From positions 5,495 through 69,494 of the forward strand of contig JAGOSK010000002.1 of NCBI GenBank assembly GCA_018062305.1: a stretch of 64,000 bases of DNA. The letters are read 5' to 3'. A program made the translations under genes and the position numbers. The notes under the pieces are model-generated. The model did not search any database and had not been told where the DNA came from. It saw only the letters and a list, made by a program, of their open reading frames with translations. This DNA is from Minisyncoccota bacterium. Lineage in GTDB: Bacteria > Patescibacteriota > Minisyncoccia > Phycocordibacterales > CAIZLB01. Of this stretch, positions 59,361 through 64,000 are shown piece after piece (within the stretch, counting starts at the first letter, position 1; every line of letters begins with the position of its first letter).

Positions 59361-60935
59361 ATGATTAAATCAGCACTTGCGGTTTTTGGAGCTATCGGAT
59401 ATTTTTTTGCCGGATTAACAGGACAAGTAGACACTTCTAATTCTAAAGCACAGGTTGCAGACCCTGTTGCTATAGAGGCTTCAACAACCCCTCCTGTTTT
59501 GACTAGTACCGCAACTTCTACTGGTACGACAACTCCCACAACCACAACAGATCCAATTATTACCACTGCAACTGTTGATAAACAAACTTTTGATAAGCCA
59601 TCTACTGTTACTGTTTCATGGGTAGGAAAAAATATAGTAGCGACAACTCCAATCTCAGTATCAGTTGTTAATGCGAGTACAAATGTACAAGCTATCGCTC
59701 CAACAAACACTGCTTTTTCAGTAGGTAAAAAAGCACTTACTATTCCAAATACATTCAAAGATGGAGGATATAGTATTCTATTGAAGGCGACTATAAACAA
59801 AAAAGTACTTACACTCGCTTCTGTTCCGTTTACAGTAACTTCTCCAGCTATACCTGATGCTCAGATTTCTGTAATCTACCCTATGAAGGGATACACTTTT
59901 AAAGGAGAAAGGAATCAGCCTATTGAAGTGAAGTGGGATTTTAAAAATATCCCAGCGACTACTCCTGTAACGTTTGTGCTTGTTAATTCTGCTACGGGTG
60001 AGGAAGTACCAGTCACTACAACAGCAACAGTCCTTTCGGTTAAAACTAAATTAGTTAAAATTACCGGTGACCTGAAAAAACAATTATATTTAGATGAGGC
60101 GCCACCAGGTTTATACAAAATGAAAGTTAGTGCTCATCCTCTTGGAAAATCGAGTGTACATGCATACTCTGAAGAATTTGTTCTTGGGTACGCTCCTGGC
60201 GCAACAAGTTATCCTCGTTCAGATATAATGGTTTTATCTTCTACAAGTACTGAATATACAACAGGAGATACAGTTAAAGTAGGTTGGACTGGTAATTTTA
60301 ATGCTAATCCGAGTGATAAAATCACCCTAACGATGTGGTCGAATGGTTATATTGCTGGTAATCTTTCAGTCCCAATACTGCTCGGATCAGCGCCTATTCT
60401 GAATCATTCAGCTGAGTTTAAAATACCAGCAGGTGCTTCCACTGGAGAATACGATATTAAAGGACGTATTGCTCCAATGGGCAGCCCGTATCCTCATAGT
60501 GTAGAGTCTATTGATAAAAAATCTGCAATAATTAAATTCAACAAGAATAAAGGATCAACACTTCCTGTAAAAATTGTCCTAACTTCGCCAGTAGCTTCAA
60601 ATATTCTGATCAATACTGACTTTGGTACTCAATATGTAAATTTAGCTTGGACAGCATCAAATTATGGACCAAGTGATAAAGTAGACATATATGTGGCCCC
60701 AAAAGGATACGATCCATCTACTCTTGAAAATTGGCTTGTTATAAAGAATTCACCTGTTGCAATTATGGGTAGAATCGGTGGCTCCACTCCAACTTTAAAC
60801 AATAGATTAAGTATGCATAATTCTTCTCTAAGAAAACTCCCTATTGGCACATACAATGTCATTCTAAAACCAAATTTCGCTAATGTTGCCAGTACATCTG
60901 TCTTGGTCTCAGGAGATATAAAGGTAACTAAATAA
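59361..60935 (+). CDS. Secreted Ser/Thr-rich repeat protein, paralogue of the 34369..37167 protein
   Basis: N-terminal hydrophobic segment and a poly-Thr linker. Repeats carry the same W-T/D...WT-type motifs (VSWVGKN, KWDFKNIPATTPV, KVGWTGNF, NLAWTASNYGPSDKV). Confidence 0.7.
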   Translation: MIKSALAVFGAIGYFFAGLTGQVDTSNSKAQVADPVAIEASTTPPVLTSTATSTGTTTPTTTTDPIITTATVDKQTFDKPSTVTVSWVGKNIVATTPISVSVVNASTNVQAIAPTNTAFSVGKKALTIPNTFKDGGYSILLKATINKKVLTLASVPFTVTSPAIPDAQISVIYPMKGYTFKGERNQPIEVKWDFKNIPATTPVTFVLVNSATGEEVPVTTTATVLSVKTKLVKITGDLKKQLYLDEAPPGLYKMKVSAHPLGKSSVHAYSEEFVLGYAPGATSYPRSDIMVLSSTSTEYTTGDTVKVGWTGNFNANPSDKITLTMWSNGYIAGNLSVPILLGSAPILNHSAEFKIPAGASTGEYDIKGRIAPMGSPYPHSVESIDKKSAIIKFNKNKGSTLPVKIVLTSPVASNILINTDFGTQYVNLAWTASNYGPSDKVDIYVAPKGYDPSTLENWLVIKNSPVAIMGRIGGSTPTLNNRLSMHNSSLRKLPIGTYNVILKPNFANVASTSVLVSGDIKVTK

Positions 60936-61014
60936 GATTAGTACTTTCATAAACTGTATTGTGAACAAAAACTGTCGGCTTACATAATCATATGAAAGTA
61001 CTAATTGAATCAAT

Positions 61015-61494
61015 ATGCCCAACAACCCCTGGAAAATATCAGATGATGAAAGTTTTCTAACAAGCTCAGACGGCACAGCTACTGTTAGATATGAGCAGTT
61101 ATCTGAATGGCGTATGAACGCACCACTTGGTGGAGAGTGTTATATAGATGTGAAATTGAACGTCAATGATGTAAAATCATACAAAGTTTCCGATATGGCA
61201 GGATATCCCGCTGTTTGGAAAAATGATGGAAAAAGTTTTGCAATACCACTTTGGATTATTGTAAAAAATGAAGATGAAGAACAATCACAGACAGTGTTTC
61301 AGAGACTTGGTGTGGTTGATGTCGAAAAGCTTACATTGACGACGTATCAGAGAAAGTTTGAGGTGCTCAACATCGAGTCATTTGTATCTAGTACAGTCAC
61401 GGCTATTGATAGCCCTATTTATCTGCCAAAAAATATTGAGTTCGATATTGAAAAAGAGGCTGTTGAGAGCGTTGTAGAATTGAGGTTCGTTTAG
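61015..61494 (+). CDS. Hypothetical protein
   Basis: 159-aa ORF with no motif. Confidence 0.4.
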   Translation: MPNNPWKISDDESFLTSSDGTATVRYEQLSEWRMNAPLGGECYIDVKLNVNDVKSYKVSDMAGYPAVWKNDGKSFAIPLWIIVKNEDEEQSQTVFQRLGVVDVEKLTLTTYQRKFEVLNIESFVSSTVTAIDSPIYLPKNIEFDIEKEAVESVVELRFV

Positions 61495-61540
61495 AATATG
61501 GTATTTGAGAGCTTTACAACATCATAATAATACCAAACCC

Positions 61541-62251
61541 ATGCCACCATCAAACCTAGAACTCTTAAAAAATATGTTTACAGAAGGCTACACGCACACA
61601 CCTGGCGGGCTTTTTCCGGCTACTGCACAGTTTATATGTAGTACTTTGCCTGTATGCGACCTTTCTTTGGGGAAAAGTAAAGACGTCGTAATTCATGGAG
61701 AAGTCACAATTCCGCAAACCAATCAACGTGCGAGTGCATTGCATATTGTATGCGCAGGAGTCACGGGTGACGTGTTCGGTTATTTTAGACCAAATAACAC
61801 CTTGGTAGGTGCTGTGAAGATTGTATTCGTCCATGAAAGTAATGCTGGCGAAAACTCCACCCCAGTAGACGAGTCTAAGCTGACATTTACAGAAATCGGC
61901 ACAGTTAGAGTTGATTCATCGATGGTACAGGTTGCTACGTCTGGTTTTCAGAAACTATGTGAAGAGGCTGATCAAAGCCTTGAGAATTCAGGCGGAGATC
62001 CAGCTGAGTTTCTTGAAAAATTGCAGAGTTCAGAAATCCCAGGGTTTACCTCTGCAAAGTCTGATGACACAGGGTATTCGTCTGTGACGACTATAAATGA
62101 TGAGTCATCTGTTGATATAAGTGCTGGATATGGTGATGGCCAATATCCAGTGGTGCTCGGTGTAGATGAAAAAGGTGACACACAAATCGTATATATTGAT
62201 TTCTTATTGTTTCAGAGAGCGGATATTATTGAAAGGATTATTAAGGGTTAA
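61541..62251 (+). CDS. Hypothetical protein (C-terminus GYGDGQYPVVLGVDEKGDTQIVYIDF, reminiscent of DUF4241)
   Basis: The ATG at 61541 is preferred over the track start. The family assignment is a recollection, not a search result. Confidence 0.4.
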   Translation: MPPSNLELLKNMFTEGYTHTPGGLFPATAQFICSTLPVCDLSLGKSKDVVIHGEVTIPQTNQRASALHIVCAGVTGDVFGYFRPNNTLVGAVKIVFVHESNAGENSTPVDESKLTFTEIGTVRVDSSMVQVATSGFQKLCEEADQSLENSGGDPAEFLEKLQSSEIPGFTSAKSDDTGYSSVTTINDESSVDISAGYGDGQYPVVLGVDEKGDTQIVYIDFLLFQRADIIERIIKG

Positions 62252-62272
62252 GGTATAATTGTAATATCCACC

Positions 62273-63070
62273 ATGCCTACAAAAAGTAAAATCATCCTCA
62301 TAGTACTCGGGATACTGGTTTGTATAATATGGTCTCCAATTGTTTTTAAATTTGTTGCAAATATGTTTGTTGATGAAGCGGGTACCTCTCAGTCAATACA
62401 TGCGACTGACAAGACACTCAAGGTCTCCAAAATAGAATATAAAATGGTCCCTGGAAAATACACGACCATCTCTAGTGCATCCGCATCATCTAGTTCATCG
62501 TCTACCTTGTATACATACCCTCAAATTATCAACTATCTGAATGTCGAGTCTATGAAAATGGCGAATGCGGTCATCAGAGATGAATTGCATGATATAGGCT
62601 GTGAAGACAAGTTTGAAGTGAAGTCGATGAACGTGAATTACAACCAGAATGATATTTTTGATGTGAGTACTAGGTTTTTTACTGATGCCTGTAACAGTAT
62701 ATGGCAAGGTGCATATCCTGTAGATAGTATCAAAATACAGATACTGATAGACATGAAGACGGGCGAGCGAGTCTATTTTGAAGATATTTTTGCAGATTAT
62801 GAGAGGGATGAAGATGAGATATTGAAGACAATATATAAGACGCTGATTGAGGAAAGTGCAGGCCTAAGTGCAGATGCAGGTACCTGCAATACTCTAGAGA
62901 ATCTAAAGAGTGTCTCACATTGGATTACTTTATCTGCATCAACAAGTGAGCTAATTGTTACTGCAGATTACCCTCATGTCGCAGAAGCTTGTACAGAGAC
63001 TGTCACTATTCCTGTCAAAAAACTCTTACCTTTTACTTCTGATGATTCTATATTGAGACGAATAAAATGA
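62273..63070 (+). CDS. Membrane-anchored hypothetical protein (RsiV-like DUF4163/DUF3298 architecture suspected)
   Basis: N-terminal TM (IILIVLGILVCIIW), then an extracellular domain beginning YPQIINYLNVESMKMANAVI. Confidence 0.45.
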   Translation: MPTKSKIILIVLGILVCIIWSPIVFKFVANMFVDEAGTSQSIHATDKTLKVSKIEYKMVPGKYTTISSASASSSSSSTLYTYPQIINYLNVESMKMANAVIRDELHDIGCEDKFEVKSMNVNYNQNDIFDVSTRFFTDACNSIWQGAYPVDSIKIQILIDMKTGERVYFEDIFADYERDEDEILKTIYKTLIEESAGLSADAGTCNTLENLKSVSHWITLSASTSELIVTADYPHVAEACTETVTIPVKKLLPFTSDDSILRRIK

Positions 63071-63087
63071 TATAATTAGGTTTATAC

Positions 63088-63630
63088 ATGAACATCTTCA
63101 TTGCAGCAGATCACGCAGGATTCGAACTCAAAGCAATACTAGTTGAGGCATTGTCTGAAATTGGCCACACAGTTATAGACTGTGGTAGCTATGCATATCA
63201 CGAAGGAGACGATTATCCTCCATTTATAGCAAAAGCCGCTCGAGCAGTATCTGAAGCAGAATCAATAAAAAGCAATGAAGATGACACTTTTCAGCTTACT
63301 GCTGATCAAAATCGCGACGTACAAGAAACCCGCGGAATCGTAATCGGAGGATCGGGAACAGGTGAAGCGATAGTTGCAAATAAATATCCACATGTCAGAT
63401 GCGCAATATGTTATGGTGGATATTCCGCTTTGGAAATTGTAAAACTCAGCCGAGAGCATAATAACTCAAATATGCTATCGCTTGGGGCACGGTTTTTAGC
63501 ACATGATGAAGCTATAGAGCTTGTACTTGAATGGCTAAACACTCCTTTTACAGGCGATGAACGTCATGTTAGACGACTTCACGAAGTGGATATTATTGAA
63601 CAACATAAAAACTCACCACTATATGAATAG
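63088..63630 (+). CDS. rpiB: Ribose-5-phosphate isomerase B (RpiB/LacAB family) with an internal insertion of about 27 aa
   Basis: MNIFIAADHAGFELK at the N-terminus. GIVIGGSGTGEAIVANKYPHVRCAICY holds the catalytic Cys region. Confidence 0.85.
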   Translation: MNIFIAADHAGFELKAILVEALSEIGHTVIDCGSYAYHEGDDYPPFIAKAARAVSEAESIKSNEDDTFQLTADQNRDVQETRGIVIGGSGTGEAIVANKYPHVRCAICYGGYSALEIVKLSREHNNSNMLSLGARFLAHDEAIELVLEWLNTPFTGDERHVRRLHEVDIIEQHKNSPLYE

Positions 63631-64000
63631 AGAATATCACCACCCGCGATCTGTGCTCGCAACACATGTCACTCCTGCTATTTTGCCAACTGACTACAAA
63701 GATTTAACATCCAAGCTCCACAAAATCACTTCGATAGTTGATTGGGTACAAATAGATGTAGTAGACGGTGAATATGCGCCGAACAAAACATGGCCATTTA
63801 CTGAAGAGGCTAATGGAATGTTTACAAGTATCGTAAAGCAGGACGAACCAATGCCGTATTGGGATGATATGAGTTTTGAAATTGACCTGATGGTTAAAAA
63901 TCCTGCGTTTGAAGTTGATCGATGGATTGCTGCTGGAGCGATGCGACTTGTCGTCCACTTGGACAGTATTGAGTATGATGCATTTCTTGATTTGGCTCGA
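63623..64000 (+). CDS. rpe: Ribulose-phosphate 3-epimerase, 3'-partial (runs off the window)
   Basis: IDVVDGEYAPN and IDLMVKNP correspond to the VDVMDGHFVPN and HLMV motifs. There is an 8-nt overlap with rpiB (ATGAATAG). Confidence 0.85.
   Translation, partial: MNREYHHPRSVLATHVTPAILPTDYKDLTSKLHKITSIVDWVQIDVVDGEYAPNKTWPFTEEANGMFTSIVKQDEPMPYWDDMSFEIDLMVKNPAFEVDRWIAAGAMRLVVHLDSIEYDAFLDLAR

Noticed and set aside
63704-63958. 84-aa minus-strand ORF
   Set aside because: It is antisense to the confidently identified rpe reading frame.

Overview
This 64 kb window is AT-rich (about 40 % GC by eye) and densely coding. It reads like a reduced-genome, probably monoderm bacterium. I infer a Candidate Phyla Radiation (Patescibacteria)-like organism from the 16S rRNA features and the gene content; this is not verified.

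Main contents, in order along the window:
- 1..2357: a divergent pair at the left edge, a GT4 glycosyltransferase (truncated by the window) and a WbaP-type polyprenyl-phosphate sugar transferase.
- 2510..4851: Sec translocon genes secD and secF. secA (37216..39948) and secG (49121..49351) lie elsewhere in the window.
- 5486..8545: an RsmC-like methyltransferase divergent from a complete 16S rRNA gene driven by a consensus TTGACA/TATAAT promoter. The 16S gene carries an ORF-less insertion of about 540 bp next to the decoding-centre sequence and appears to lack the CCUCC anti-Shine-Dalgarno tail. No 23S gene follows.
- 8846..10152: an HEXXH-motif hypothetical protein and then a stand-alone tRNA-Ile(GAT), each with its own terminator.
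- 10275..15578: an inositol-monophosphatase-family protein, an LMW-PTP/ArsC-like protein, a RelB/RelE toxin-antitoxin pair with a palindromic operator inside an apparently leaderless promoter, pyruvate kinase, a 6-phosphogluconolactonase-like protein and RadC.
- 15867..18104: a soluble TraD/VirD4-like P-loop ATPase with a roughly 330-aa disordered Gly/Ser-, Ser/Thr/Pro- and Lys/Glu-rich tail.
- 18143..33891: a surface-glycan gene cluster of about 16 kb. Ten minus-strand genes (GT2, GT11 alpha-1,2-fucosyltransferase, four SAM methyltransferases including a TylF-type O-methyltransferase, two GT9 heptosyltransferase-like domains, a Wzx flippase) face a plus-strand O-antigen-ligase/TPR protein and the GDP-fucose genes gmd and fcl.
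- 34369..37167 and 59361..60935: two paralogous secreted proteins built of tandem Ser/Thr-rich beta-sandwich-like repeats, one with a peptidoglycan-binding domain.
- 40063..52702: an AI-2E transporter translationally coupled to a CAP/SCP-domain protein, an MFS transporter, RNase J with a long disordered N-terminus, an orphan OppA-like binding protein, a DUF2283-like protein, Obg and GatB.
- 52879..57291: a 1470-aa secreted phage-tail-fibre-like protein with GNxGIGTTTP repeats and an internal endosialidase-type self-cleaving chaperone domain (putative Ser1228/Lys1233 dyad), followed by a Pro-rich tail.
- 57361..64000: GAPDH, a block of uncharacterised small or membrane proteins, then rpiB and rpe (3'-partial).

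No CRISPR array, integrase or transposase was seen.

The giant tail-fibre-like surface protein and the methylated, fucosylated glycan cluster are the most promising places to look for a novel system.
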